From an uncultured Verrucomicrobiae bacterium (GTDB taxonomy: Bacteria > Verrucomicrobiota > Verrucomicrobiia > Chthoniobacterales > UBA10450), in the NCBI GenBank assembly GCA_963815455.1, contig CAWFGO010000002.1, forward strand, positions 160,001 through 224,000: a stretch of 64,000 nt of DNA, written 5' to 3'. This document shows positions 30,116 through 39,579 of this stretch, in pieces (positions within the stretch are counted from its first letter, which is position 1; each line of letters starts with the position of its first letter). The position numbers and the translations under genes were made by a program. The notes below the pieces were generated by a model that worked only from the letters and a program-made list of their open reading frames with translations, ran no database searches and had not been told where the DNA came from.

Positions 30116-31033
30116 TTAGACCAGGTCGAGCGCGAGATCGCGCTGTGGGAGGAGACCGTGCTTGGCGCATAGGTTCGCGAAAGTTCGCAGACCTTCTTTT
30201 TCTGGTTGTCCAAAGCCAAACTGGAGATGCTCCCGGTAGTACCGGGCACAAAATTCGGGATCGAAACTTTTTTCACGGCCGGGGTCAGCGACCCCGGCTA
30301 CAGCCGCCGCGATAATGCGATCTAGATGGTCGAGGTTGTCATCGCGCAGGGCCCGCAAACGATTGGCAATTTCTTTTGGATCGGCCACCTCGGGGCGCAC
30401 AAGCCAAAGCGCGTAAACAAACGGAAGATCGACAAATTGCCGCCACTGTTGGCCCAGGTCCCAGAACTGAAATCTGTTCGCATACTCCTGTCGAAAGCGA
30501 ATGGCTTGGTCGCCAATGAGAAGCCGGGCCCGCTTTGACGAACGGAACACGGGCATGTTGCCTGTGCGGCCAACGGAGATATTCTCCGCTATTTGGGATT
30601 CAGCCCCGAAAGCTTTCGGGGCTGGCCCCACCGGCTCGCCGCAGCGAGTCCGTCCGGTGGCGGACAAGATGCCTGTGCTACGTGAAAGGACGCCTTCCCC
30701 GACCAAACACCGCAGCAGATTCGCCGACGTCTCCGAGGCGGGATCGAGTTCAATTTCTTCGATTCCTGAAATTTGCCCGCTATACGCAAGCACAACGCTG
30801 TAAACCGGACCATTGGACGAGATCGAAATGCCGTCGACAATGCGATAGATTGGGTTGCGCAAGAACTCAAAGCTCGATACGAGCGCAACATCGAGATCGC
30901 CGCGGGCAAGCTCGGCGCAGAGCGTTGCGGGATGATCGAAGACGACTTTCTCCGGCCAGCCGTGGATCAACGGCCGCGCATTTAAGTATTTTACGCAGCC
31001 GAGGCGCACTGATTTCAAGCGATCGGCATTCAA
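30116..31033 (-). CDS. mqnA: Chorismate dehydratase (futalosine menaquinone pathway)
   Basis: VKYLNARPL, GPVYSV, SETS, LLIGDQA, DLG..W....LPFVYALW; adjacent to mqnE. Confidence 0.9.
   Translation of the reverse strand: MNADRLKSVRLGCVKYLNARPLIHGWPEKVVFDHPATLCAELARGDLDVALVSSFEFLRNPIYRIVDGISISSNGPVYSVVLAYSGQISGIEEIELDPASETSANLLRCLVGEGVLSRSTGILSATGRTRCGEPVGPAPKAFGAESQIAENISVGRTGNMPVFRSSKRARLLIGDQAIRFRQEYANRFQFWDLGQQWRQFVDLPFVYALWLVRPEVADPKEIANRLRALRDDNLDHLDRIIAAAVAGVADPGREKSFDPEFCARYYREHLQFGFGQPEKEGLRTFANLCAKHGLLPQRDLALDLV
30278..30301. repeat. GTAG-type REP in frame inside mqnA
   Basis: gtagccggggtcgctgaccccggc (minus strand) encodes VAGVADPG. Confidence 0.75.
30543..30682. repeat. Composite REPIN in frame inside mqnA
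   Basis: Minus strand cgtagcacaggcatcttg ... cacaggcaacatgcccgtgttccg with nested hairpins; one arm matches intergenic 55595-55650. Confidence 0.8.
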
Positions 31034-31038
31034 GGGCG

Positions 31039-31154
31039 TGTCATCCTGAGCGAAGTCGAAGGATCCCGGGGAACAGGCTTAAGGTTTCGCAACGGGATTC
31101 CTCCAGCCTTCGCATGAAGCTGCGGCCTGGCAGGCGGCTTCGCTCGGAATGACG
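31039..31154. repeat. GTCATCC-type REP doublet with a nested second element
   Basis: tgtcatcctgagcgaagtcgaaggatccc ... gggattcctc[cagccttcgcatgaagctgcggcctggcaggc]ggcttcgctcggaatgacg. Confidence 0.8.
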
Positions 31155-31161
31155 ACAGAGA

Positions 31162-32310
31162 TCAGGCACAGGCCAGCTCCGCCGGGGCCGACTCGGCCTG
31201 TTTAACAGGCGCTGGCCGTGGAGAAATGTGACGGTAAATACTATCGCGTTGGACCGGTTCGCGACCAGCTTCACGGATAGCGTGCTCCAGAGACGCCACC
31301 GTTTGCTGCTGAGGGGTGGTGGCGCCGGCCATGTGGAAAATTTTCTCCTCGAGAATCGTGCCGTGCAAGTCGTCAACGCCATAGCTGAGCGACACTTGAG
31401 CGAGCGGTAAGCCCAGACTGACCCAGTAGGCGGTGAGGTGTTCGATGTTATCGAGGTAGATCCGGCTCACCGCCAGATTGCGCAGTTGCTCGAATGCAGA
31501 CGCGGGCTTGATATGCGAGAGGATGGTCGTTTGCGGCTCGAAGGCGAACGGAATAAAACCGGTAAAGCCACCGGTTTCGTCCTGTAGTTCGCGCAGCTGA
31601 CGCAAATGATCGACGCGCTGGGCGAGCGTCTCAATATGTCCGTAGAGCATCGTAGAGGTGCTGCGGCCGCCCATTTGATGCCAGGTGCGATGGACATCGA
31701 GCCATTCGGCCGCGGTTTCCTTCCCGCGACAAATTTCGTCGCGCACCACCGGATCGAAAATCTCCGCGCCGCCGCCCGTGATCGAGCCGAGACCCGCTTT
31801 GCGCAAGGTCTCGAGGGTCTCGCGGATCGGCATACGGAAAATCCGCTGGGCCAGGTGCCGGATCTCAATGGCGGTAAACGCCTTGATGTGAAGCTCGGGA
31901 TCGAGCGCGCGCAATTGGCCGACTAGATTGAGATACCAATCTTTCTTCAGGGTCGGGTGCAGGCCCCCAACCATGTGGACTTCCGTCACGCCCAAGCCGA
32001 GTGCGTCCCTAACGACATTGACAATTTCGTCAATGGCCAGCTCGAAGGCGTGGGCGTCGCGTTTTCTGGCGGCAAAAGCACAGAACTGGCAGGAGAGAAC
32101 GCAGATGTTGGAATAATTGATGTAGCGATTGTGAATGTAGGTTGCGTAGTTGCCGTTTTTCCGCTCCCGAACAACGTTGGCGATGATACCGAGCGCGTTG
32201 AGATCGGTGGAGCGATACAGATCGACCGCATCAGCGTCGGAAATACGCTGCCCCGCCTCCACCTTTTCGGAAATTTTCCTGAGTTCTTTCGGAATCAGCC
32301 GGTAATTCAT
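31162..32310 (-). CDS. mqnE: Aminofutalosine synthase (radical SAM)
   Basis: NYSNICVLSCQFCAF, EVHMVGGLHP, HIKAFTAIEI, GGGAEIF, TMLYGHIE, EKIFHMAGA. Confidence 0.9.
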   Translation of the reverse strand: MNYRLIPKELRKISEKVEAGQRISDADAVDLYRSTDLNALGIIANVVRERKNGNYATYIHNRYINYSNICVLSCQFCAFAARKRDAHAFELAIDEIVNVVRDALGLGVTEVHMVGGLHPTLKKDWYLNLVGQLRALDPELHIKAFTAIEIRHLAQRIFRMPIRETLETLRKAGLGSITGGGAEIFDPVVRDEICRGKETAAEWLDVHRTWHQMGGRSTSTMLYGHIETLAQRVDHLRQLRELQDETGGFTGFIPFAFEPQTTILSHIKPASAFEQLRNLAVSRIYLDNIEHLTAYWVSLGLPLAQVSLSYGVDDLHGTILEEKIFHMAGATTPQQQTVASLEHAIREAGREPVQRDSIYRHISPRPAPVKQAESAPAELACA

Positions 32311-32433
32311 TCAGTCTTAAAGTTAAAATCCTGGCCAAGGATGGCACATACCCTTCGCGGCTTGCAACAAAAAGCACAATAGCTAAAGGTCTGGTAATCC
32401 CGCCAACGCCGGGAAAGGGAAAATTTTACAGCC

Positions 32434-33039
32434 ATGTCCCGCATTGATCGAAACCCGGCGGCGGGCGCACAGGAGGAGAACGAGGACGCGCAGCTGATGC
32501 AGTTGGTCGGGCGCGGCGACATGGGAGCGTTCGAGAAGCTGGTCGAGCGGCACCAGAGTCTGGTCGCGGGAACAGTGGCGCGGATGCTTGGCAGCAATTC
32601 CGACGTCGAGGACATCGCTCAGCAGGTCTTTATTCGCGTTTGGAAGAGCGCCAGCCGTTACACTCCACGGGCGAAATTTACCACCTGGCTGCTAAAGATT
32701 ACCCGCAACCTTGTCTTTAACGAACTTCGCCGTTCCAAGCGCCACACCCACGTCCCGCTTCAACCCGAGGCGAGTGTCGATCCGCGTCCGTTAAAAGATG
32801 AATCGGGCCTCGCCCCGGATGCATCGCTGTTGGAACTCGAGCTTCAGAGAACAATCGAGCACGCGATCATGAAGCTGCCCGAGGCCCAGCGAATGGCGCT
32901 GATTTTGCGTCGCTACGAGGAACTCAGCTACGAGGAAATCGGCGAGGTTCTCGGTCTCTCCGTTCCGGCGGTGAAAAGCGTGTTGTTTCGGGCGAGAACG
33001 GAGCTGCGGGCCCGGCTGAGCAAGTATCTGACCGCGTAA
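32434..33039 (+). CDS. ECF-family RNA polymerase sigma factor
   Basis: EDIAQQVFIRVW, FTTWLLKITRN, LSYEEIGEVLG.SVPAVKS.LFRAR. Confidence 0.93.
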   Translation: MSRIDRNPAAGAQEENEDAQLMQLVGRGDMGAFEKLVERHQSLVAGTVARMLGSNSDVEDIAQQVFIRVWKSASRYTPRAKFTTWLLKITRNLVFNELRRSKRHTHVPLQPEASVDPRPLKDESGLAPDASLLELELQRTIEHAIMKLPEAQRMALILRRYEELSYEEIGEVLGLSVPAVKSVLFRARTELRARLSKYLTA

Positions 33040-33041
33040 CC

Positions 33042-33134
33042 CGTCATTCTGAGCGAAGCGCAGCGGAGTCGAAGAATCCCGTTGGGGTACTTTGTGCCAG
33101 CATCACGGGATCCTTCGACTTTCGCTCAGGAGAC
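33042..33134. repeat. GTCATTC-type REP doublet
   Basis: cgtcattctgagcgaagcgcagcggagtcgaagaatcccg ... cgggatccttcgactttcgctcaggagac. Confidence 0.85.
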
Positions 33135-33206
33135 CCGGCGCCAAAAAGCAAAAGAGGGCGGACGTCTTGCGAGCATCCGCCCCCTCTCAACCCCACATCT
33201 TGCTGT

Positions 33207-34868
33207 TTAAAAATCGCGATCTTTTGCGCTCGATCTAAATTGCACTTCGTTTGTCGTCTCGGGCGGAGGCGGCATCCCCGGTTTCGCATAATCGGCCGCC
33301 ATCTGACGCTGAGGCGTAGGCACGAGGCGAACTGCGCCCTTGGCGTTGTTTCGCCAGCCATTGGGATCGGCAAACTCTTCGCCGCTGTGATGGATCCCGG
33401 AAACCTGATCTTCCAATCCGGTACCGTAGCGCTGATCGATAATCGTCGGCGTGACGAACACGAGTAGATTACGCTTCGTCCGCGCGTTCAATTTTTCCTG
33501 GAACAGATATCCAAGGATCGGGACGTCACCCAGCACCGGCACTTTGTTGCGGGCCTTGGTGACTTCGTCCTGAAGCAAACCGCCGATGGCCAGGGTGTCC
33601 CCGCTTCGTATGAGAACGTTCGAATCGAGCGAGCGGGTATCGATGATTGGGCTCGATACTGTAGTGCCGACGAAGTCGAAGGTTTGGTCCCCGACCTTGT
33701 TGCTGATCTCCGGCTTCACCATCAGGGTGATAAAGTTGTCCTTGTTCACCGACGGCCGGACCAGAAGCGTGTTTCCATATTTCTTGTCCAGAAATCCGCC
33801 GAACACGGCCTGGGCTGTTTGCTCGTTAAAGTTCAACTGCGGGACGGGCTGGTTCCGGGTAATCTCGATCTTGGCTTGCTGGTTATCGGCTGTCACGATC
33901 CGCGGGTTGGCCAGAAATTCCGCATCGGTATCCTCGTTAAGCAGACGCAACGTGGCCGACAATTGCGGCACAGTGAGGATGGCGAATTGACCAGCAGCCA
34001 GATGGCCGAGACTGCCGAAAAAGTTGTTGTTGCCTGGGTTGCCCAGCACAAATGGGCCGGAGCCACCGTCAGCATTGGTCCCGCCGTACGTGATGGTCTG
34101 CGCTTTGGTCGAGCTGCCAACCACGCCGCCCCAGTTAATGCCGTAGCTCTGCTTCGGATTTGCCGTCACCTCGACCAGGCGCGCTTCGATCATGACTTGC
34201 TTGGTCGGCTTGTCGATCTGCACGAGCATGCTCCGGATGTGATCGATATTGCTGCGGGTCTCGCGAAAGAAAATTGTGTTTGTGCGTTCGTCGATCTGGG
34301 GAGCGTCTTTGCTGGCGAGTTGGGAGGCCATGAGCGGCGCGGTGTCTTTCGCCCGCGCGTAACTGAATTGATAGCTGTCCGACTCGGTGGGTTCTTTCGC
34401 TCGCTCGGTATCGGTCTTAACGTAATAGACGCTGTCGATCTTATCCATGAAAAGGCCTTTGGCCTTCACGATGATCTCGATCGCCTGCAGAGCCGAAACA
34501 TCCTCCAATCGCATCGTCACGGTGCCGACAACGGCTTCGCTTACCACCAGATTGATCTTGGCCTGCCGGGCCAGCAATCGAAGGACCTGGCCGACGTCGT
34601 CGCCCTGAAATTCGCGAACACCCACTCCGCCGCTCTCGACCACGCTGTCTTGTTCGGGCGCGTTGGTCTTAACGGTTGCCGCGGGCGAGGCCGCTGCCGT
34701 GGCCGGCGCTTGAACCACTAACATCGACGAGTTGTCGGCGCTGGCGCTGCTAGGCGCAGCAGTTGTTCCGGCACCCGGTGCGGGCGCGCTGGTTTGTGCG
34801 TGCGAAAAGGACAATGCACCGAACAACGCCACCGCTGCACAGCCCAAGGGTTTGAAGGAATTTGCCAT
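33207..34868 (-). CDS. Second secretin (PilQ/GspD-like)
   Basis: Signal peptide from MANSF, STN/N0 domain, QVMIEARLVEV, KVPVLGDVPILGYLF, LLVFVTP. Confidence 0.88.
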   Translation of the reverse strand: MANSFKPLGCAAVALFGALSFSHAQTSAPAPGAGTTAAPSSASADNSSMLVVQAPATAAASPAATVKTNAPEQDSVVESGGVGVREFQGDDVGQVLRLLARQAKINLVVSEAVVGTVTMRLEDVSALQAIEIIVKAKGLFMDKIDSVYYVKTDTERAKEPTESDSYQFSYARAKDTAPLMASQLASKDAPQIDERTNTIFFRETRSNIDHIRSMLVQIDKPTKQVMIEARLVEVTANPKQSYGINWGGVVGSSTKAQTITYGGTNADGGSGPFVLGNPGNNNFFGSLGHLAAGQFAILTVPQLSATLRLLNEDTDAEFLANPRIVTADNQQAKIEITRNQPVPQLNFNEQTAQAVFGGFLDKKYGNTLLVRPSVNKDNFITLMVKPEISNKVGDQTFDFVGTTVSSPIIDTRSLDSNVLIRSGDTLAIGGLLQDEVTKARNKVPVLGDVPILGYLFQEKLNARTKRNLLVFVTPTIIDQRYGTGLEDQVSGIHHSGEEFADPNGWRNNAKGAVRLVPTPQRQMAADYAKPGMPPPPETTNEVQFRSSAKDRDF

Positions 34869-35117
34869 AGTTACGATGGAGATTGATAAGTGCGGCCTGT
34901 CTAAAGCAGGAAGCAGACCAGCACCGGCTGCGACTTTCCGGTTCCTCAATAAGGACCCTGGCGCGGAACTCCCGGGCACTGTTGGCGGCACAGCCGCAGC
35001 GGGAAGCACCAAACCCCAAGCACCAAATTCCAACGAAACCCAATTCTCGAAATGCCGAGATGCTAACGCCGCCTTTTGAGGGTTGGTTATTGGAGCTTCT
35101 TTGCGATTTGGCGCTCT

Positions 35118-35534
35118 CTATTCCGGTTCGACAACCCGGCCCTTCACTCGCTTGATCTGGGCATGGTGAGCAAGGGTGTAAACGCGCCCGTCGCTGCCGC
35201 GAAAAAACGCGCTCAGGATCCAACTGACAATGCTGATCACGATCGCGCCCCAGAAAGCGCTCCAAAAACTGTCTACCTGGAAGCCGATCACGATATGCGG
35301 AACCAGCAGCAGCATTAGTCCGTTCACAATCAGAATGAAGAGACCGAGGGTCAGCAAGATCAGCGGTGCGCTAAGAATGAGCAGCACTGGTCGCACAAAG
35401 GCATTCAGGATCCCCAGGAGAAGCGACGCGCCAATGAGCGACGCCACGGTGTCATACCGGATTCCCTGGTTGATCGACGAAGCGACCATCACGGCAACAG
35501 TCGTTATAGCCCACCGAAAAATGAAGTGTCGCAT
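35118..35534 (-). CDS. YvlD-like 4-TM membrane protein (phage holin superfamily IV)
   Basis: LGILNAFVRPVL.ILSAPL..LTLGLF..IVNG, FWSAFWGA. Confidence 0.85.
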   Translation of the reverse strand: MRHFIFRWAITTVAVMVASSINQGIRYDTVASLIGASLLLGILNAFVRPVLLILSAPLILLTLGLFILIVNGLMLLLVPHIVIGFQVDSFWSAFWGAIVISIVSWILSAFFRGSDGRVYTLAHHAQIKRVKGRVVEPE

Positions 35535-35648
35535 CTTCTGAAATCCTACCTGCGATTCGAATTCGTGCCAACTCTCGCCCGAGAAAACCACTTGCCAATC
35601 TTCCGGTGCAGGCTAATGCGATTACAATCATCAAGACCAAGGAAATCC

Positions 35649-35966
35649 GTGCCGAAAAAAAGTAAAAACAGCCAAGACCAGAGCGTTCCCGGTCGAGCAG
35701 CTCACGACGCAAAAGGCGCCAAAAAGCCGGCCCGGGGAAGATCGACAAGTGCCCGGAAGCCGGCCGCCGCAGGAAAGAAAAAGGCCGCTGCCAGCCCCGG
35801 CCCGGCCAAGGGATCGCGGGCGACGTCTATCCATCCGACGGACGAAGAAATCCGGCTGCGGGCCTATTTTATTGCCGAGCGGCGGCATCGGCTCGGGCTA
35901 GCAGGCGATTCCAATGGTGATTGGCTCGAAGCTAAGCGCCAGCTCGCTGCCGAGACATCACGCTGA
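35649..35966 (+). CDS. DUF2934-like domain protein with Lys/Ala-rich N-terminus
   Basis: EEIRLRAYFIAERR...DWLEAKRQL; GTG start after aaggaa. Confidence 0.7.
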   Translation: MPKKSKNSQDQSVPGRAAHDAKGAKKPARGRSTSARKPAAAGKKKAAASPGPAKGSRATSIHPTDEEIRLRAYFIAERRHRLGLAGDSNGDWLEAKRQLAAETSR

Positions 35967-36386
35967 TGTAGCCTCGATCCCGGGCACGGCATTGCGGACC
36001 TTTTCCATAAGCCGATTCATCACAAACGGCTTGGCAATGAAACCGGCCACCCCGGGCTCCTTCAATAATTCCTGGGCGCGCGTTTCATCGCCTTTACCCG
36101 AGACCAGCAACAGCGGCGGCACTATTCGCGCCGGCTCGATGCTATTGTAAACCTTGCCGATGAGGAAAAAGAGCATGGCGCCGTCGATCATCGGCATCGA
36201 GAAATCGAAAATGAAAAGGTCATACTTTTTCTTGAGCGCGAGTTCGAAGCCGTATTCCGGCTTGGGAGAGGTGTCCACCTCGCAGCGAAAATAGCTGCCC
36301 AAAGCTTCCCGCATTATGCCCAGCAGGGCGACTTCGTCATCCACCATCAAAATCCGTTTGGGACGGCTCTTAGCCATGGGGCCCAT
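35958..36386 (-). CDS. Single-domain response regulator
   Basis: ILMVDDE, FIFDFSMPMIDG, IAKPF. Confidence 0.88.
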   Translation of the reverse strand: MGPMAKSRPKRILMVDDEVALLGIMREALGSYFRCEVDTSPKPEYGFELALKKKYDLFIFDFSMPMIDGAMLFFLIGKVYNSIEPARIVPPLLLVSGKGDETRAQELLKEPGVAGFIAKPFVMNRLMEKVRNAVPGIEATSA

Positions 36387-36387
36387 T

Positions 36388-36482
36388 TAACCACGAATAG
36401 ACACGAATGAACACGAATTCGTGAGACAGTCTCGCCTATAACCTTTTCTTTATTCGTGTCGATTCGTGTTTATTAGTGGTTA
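36388..36482. repeat. Inverted arms built of CACGAAT units
   Basis: taaccacgaatagacacgaatgaacacgaat ... attcgtgtcgattcgtgtttattagtggtta. Confidence 0.8.
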
Positions 36483-36488
36483 CTTCAG

Positions 36489-36722
36489 ATGCAGAACTTG
36501 ATTGTCGATCTTACCCGCGCTTTACGGGAGCGCCTTGCCATCATTGGCGACAAAGAAAGCCGCCGCGACGAGTCCGCGCACCTGGCTCGGCTGCGAAACG
36601 TCTCGGAGACGATCGACAAATTGCAGGCGGCGCTTCCGCAGTCGATCGATCCGCAGTTGGCGCATTATCTCCAGCGCCGAAGCTACGATAAGGCGCTCGA
36701 GTTTCTGGAAGGACGGGCTTAG
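36489..36722 (+). CDS. Small hypothetical protein
   Basis: 77-aa helical ORF filling the intergenic gap, ending LAHYLQRRSYDKALEFL. Confidence 0.65.
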   Translation: MQNLIVDLTRALRERLAIIGDKESRRDESAHLARLRNVSETIDKLQAALPQSIDPQLAHYLQRRSYDKALEFLEGRA

Positions 36723-36756
36723 TCCCGTGCCTAATTCGGCAAACGCGTCCGCTCAA

Positions 36757-37368
36757 TTATCGCGAATACAACTCGACGATGAGCTGCTCGTTGACGATCG
36801 GGTGCATCTCTTCACGGGTCGGAATCCGGGCGACCTTGCCGCTTAGCGCATCGCGATCGACCGTCAGCCAGTCCGGCACCGGGGCGATTTGAGTAAGATC
36901 GAGATTGCGCAGAACAAGCTGACGCGATTTGGGCTTGTCCTTGATCGTGACTTCGTCGCCTGCTTTCACGTTGTAGGAGGCAATGTTGACCCGGCGACCA
37001 TTCACCTGCACGTGACCGTGCGAAACGATTTGGCGGGCGGCATTGCGCGTGTTGGCCAGGCCGAGCCGGAATACTACGTTGTCGAGCCGGGTCTCGAGAA
37101 GCTGTAAAAGCGTTTCACCAGTGACACCTCGTTTGCGCAACGCATTTTGGAAAATCCGGCGGAATTGACGCTCCAGCAGCCCATATTGGTAGCGAAGCTT
37201 CTGCTTTTCGCCGAGCGCGATCGCATATTCCGACTGTTTGCGGCGAGAGCCCCTTGGGCCGTGCATGCCCGGCGGATAATTTTTTCGTTCGAGAGATTTG
37301 GAAGAGCCGAAGATCGGCACGCCGTAACGGCGGCTGACTTTCGTTTTTGGTCCGGTATATCTGCCCAT
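36757..37368 (-). CDS. rpsD: 30S ribosomal protein S4
   Basis: MGRYTGP, PPGMHG, EKQKLR, LETRLDNVVFR. Confidence 0.98.
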   Translation of the reverse strand: MGRYTGPKTKVSRRYGVPIFGSSKSLERKNYPPGMHGPRGSRRKQSEYAIALGEKQKLRYQYGLLERQFRRIFQNALRKRGVTGETLLQLLETRLDNVVFRLGLANTRNAARQIVSHGHVQVNGRRVNIASYNVKAGDEVTIKDKPKSRQLVLRNLDLTQIAPVPDWLTVDRDALSGKVARIPTREEMHPIVNEQLIVELYSR

Positions 37369-37407
37369 GTGAAAAAGTTTAAGGTTGAGAGTTGGTAGTT
37401 GAGAGAA

Positions 37408-38028
37408 TCAGACGCGGCGTTGTTTTGGCGGGCGGCAGCCGTTATGCGGCACGGGGGTGACGTCGCGGATGAGGGTGAGATCGAGGCCGATTGCCTGCAA
37501 AGCACGCACAGCCGATTCGCGGCCGGCGCCCGGTCCCCGGACCAGGACTTCGACTTCTTTGAGACCATGCCCCATTGCTTGCCGTGAGGCGTCCTGGGCG
37601 ACCATTTGCGCCGCATAAGCGGTGCTCTTGCGGGAGCCCTTGAAACCGACTTTTCCCGCGCTGGACCAGCCGATCACGTTTCCGTTCATGTCTGTGATCG
37701 TCACAATCGTGTTGTTAAACGTGGCCAGGACATGGGCGATACCCGAATGCACATTCTTGCTGCCCTTTGCCTTGACGATCTTCGGCTTCTCCACGTCATC
37801 GGGCGAAAGGGAAAGATTCTCCACCGGTGGCGCGGCCGCAGCGGGCTCTTCCTTCTTGCCTTTAGCAGGTTTTTTTGCCGGTTTTTCCACCGTCTCAGCA
37901 CTGGGCGGCGCAGCCTGCGCCAGCGGAGCGGAGACCGCGTCTGGTTTTGGCACGCTCGCTTCGCTTTTCTCCGCCTCGACGGATGCCTCTTTTTCCTTCG
38001 TCGCCTTCGGTTTCTTTGATTCAGCCAT
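37408..38028 (-). CDS. rpsK: 30S ribosomal protein S11 with long N-terminal extension
   Basis: [28 protein letters not shown]. Confidence 0.97.
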   Translation of the reverse strand: MAESKKPKATKEKEASVEAEKSEASVPKPDAVSAPLAQAAPPSAETVEKPAKKPAKGKKEEPAAAAPPVENLSLSPDDVEKPKIVKAKGSKNVHSGIAHVLATFNNTIVTITDMNGNVIGWSSAGKVGFKGSRKSTAYAAQMVAQDASRQAMGHGLKEVEVLVRGPGAGRESAVRALQAIGLDLTLIRDVTPVPHNGCRPPKQRRV

Positions 38029-38040
38029 GATGATTAATTT

Positions 38041-38436
38041 TTAGACAACGCCCGATTTTGCTTCCTTGCTGCGAATCACGCCCACCGTCTTGCGCGGCCC
38101 TTTGCGGGTGCGCGCATTTGTCGATGTTCGCTGGCCGCGCACCGGTAAGCCGCGACGATGCCGGATTCCGCGATAACAATTGATCGCCTGCAAGCGCTTC
38201 AAATTACTTTGCACATCCCGGCGCAAATCGCCTTCGATCTTGATCTTGTTGTTGGTGATTGCGTGAATGATTTCGTTCAATTGCTGCGGGGTAAGCTTTT
38301 TCGCCCGCAGATTCGGATCGATGTTTGTCTGCTCAAGGATCCGCCTGGCGGTTGCCAGACCGATCCCGAAAATATAGGTGAGCGAAGCCTCGATGCGCTT
38401 CTCCGCTGGTATTTCAACTCCGAGTAATCTTGGCAT
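38041..38436 (-). CDS. rpsM: 30S ribosomal protein S13
   Basis: [25 protein letters not shown]. Confidence 0.98.
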   Translation of the reverse strand: MPRLLGVEIPAEKRIEASLTYIFGIGLATARRILEQTNIDPNLRAKKLTPQQLNEIIHAITNNKIKIEGDLRRDVQSNLKRLQAINCYRGIRHRRGLPVRGQRTSTNARTRKGPRKTVGVIRSKEAKSGVV

Positions 38437-38462
38437 GGTAAATCGTTATTTCTCTACTGCTG

Positions 38463-38576
38463 TCAGCCCTGGCGCTGTTTATGGCGCGGGTTCTTGCAGA
38501 TCACGCGCACCACGTTCTTGCGCTTCACAATTCTGCAACTGGCACAAATTCTTTTTACTGATGGTCGTACTTTCAT
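38463..38576 (-). CDS. rpmJ: 50S ribosomal protein L36 (absent from the ORF track)
   Basis: Manual translation [37 protein letters not shown]. Confidence 0.97.
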   Translation of the reverse strand: MKVRPSVKRICASCRIVKRKNVVRVICKNPRHKQRQG

Positions 38577-38611
38577 AAATCAAAGGAAAACGCGGAGACA
38601 GGCCCGCGCAG

Positions 38612-38830
38612 TCATTTCTGGCGAAATGTGATTCGCCCCTTCGACAAATCGTAAGGTGAAATCTCTAGCATAACTTTGTCTCCTGGCAAGATGCGAATGA
38701 AGTGCAGCCGCATTTTGCCCGAAATATGGGCCAGGATACGATGGCCATTGGGTAATTCGACCCGAAACATGGTATTGGGCAGCAGCTCAACGACCTTGCC
38801 CTCTACTTCAATTGCGTCTTTCCGCGCCAT
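38612..38830 (-). CDS. infA: Translation initiation factor IF-1
   Basis: [22 protein letters not shown]. Confidence 0.98.
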   Translation of the reverse strand: MARKDAIEVEGKVVELLPNTMFRVELPNGHRILAHISGKMRLHFIRILPGDKVMLEISPYDLSKGRITFRQK

Positions 38831-39579
38831 GTCAGGATTTCAGGCTCATCCTTCGTGATCAAGACCGTGTGCTCGAAGTGGGCCGAAGGCAGACCATCCG
38901 CGGTCCGCACCGTCCAGCCGTCCTCCAGCAATCTCACTTCCGACGTGCCGACGTTAATCATCGGCTCGATGGCCAGCGTCATGCCGGCCTTCAATTTCGG
39001 GCCGCTCCCGCGTCTGCCGTAATTGGGGATTTGCGGCTCCTCGTGCATCTTTCGACCTACTCCGTGCCCGACAAATTCGCGCACAACCGCGAAGCCAAAA
39101 CGCCGCGCCTCATCTTCGATTTCGGCGCAAATATCGCCAACCCGCCGGCCCTCGTGAGCCGCCGAAATCGCGCGGGTAAGCGCATTTTGGGTGGCGCGCA
39201 ATAATCGGTCGGTTCGTTCGTCAATGATTCCGACCGGCACGGTCGTGGCGTTATCACCGACCCAACCATCCCGAATCACCCCGATATCCAGCTTCACAAT
39301 GTCGCCATATTGGATCCGCCGCTGGTTACCGATCCCGTGCACGACCTCGTCGTTTAGCGAAATGCAGATATTGCCCGGGAAAACGCGATGACCGAGCCGA
39401 TAACCGAGAAACGCGCTTTTCACGCCCGCATCGCTCATCAAGTCCGCGGCTGCTTCGTCCACTTCCTTGGTCGTAATACCGGGCCGAACCAGCTCACTCA
39501 CTCGATCGAGAATTTCGCTCGCCGTTCGGCACGCTTGCCGCATCTTCTCGATCTCCTTGGCGTTCTTGATCGGAATCAT
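38803..39579 (-). CDS. map: Methionine aminopeptidase type I
   Basis: [32 protein letters not shown]. Confidence 0.97.
   Translation of the reverse strand: MIPIKNAKEIEKMRQACRTASEILDRVSELVRPGITTKEVDEAAADLMSDAGVKSAFLGYRLGHRVFPGNICISLNDEVVHGIGNQRRIQYGDIVKLDIGVIRDGWVGDNATTVPVGIIDERTDRLLRATQNALTRAISAAHEGRRVGDICAEIEDEARRFGFAVVREFVGHGVGRKMHEEPQIPNYGRRGSGPKLKAGMTLAIEPMINVGTSEVRLLEDGWTVRTADGLPSAHFEHTVLITKDEPEILTWRGKTQLK

Noticed and set aside
33684..34721. 345-aa plus-strand ORF
   Set aside because: Antisense to the secretin gene, with no independent evidence.
35118..35534. Prophage suggested by the holin-family gene
   Set aside because: No other phage genes nearby; YvlD-like proteins are common chromosomal membrane proteins.
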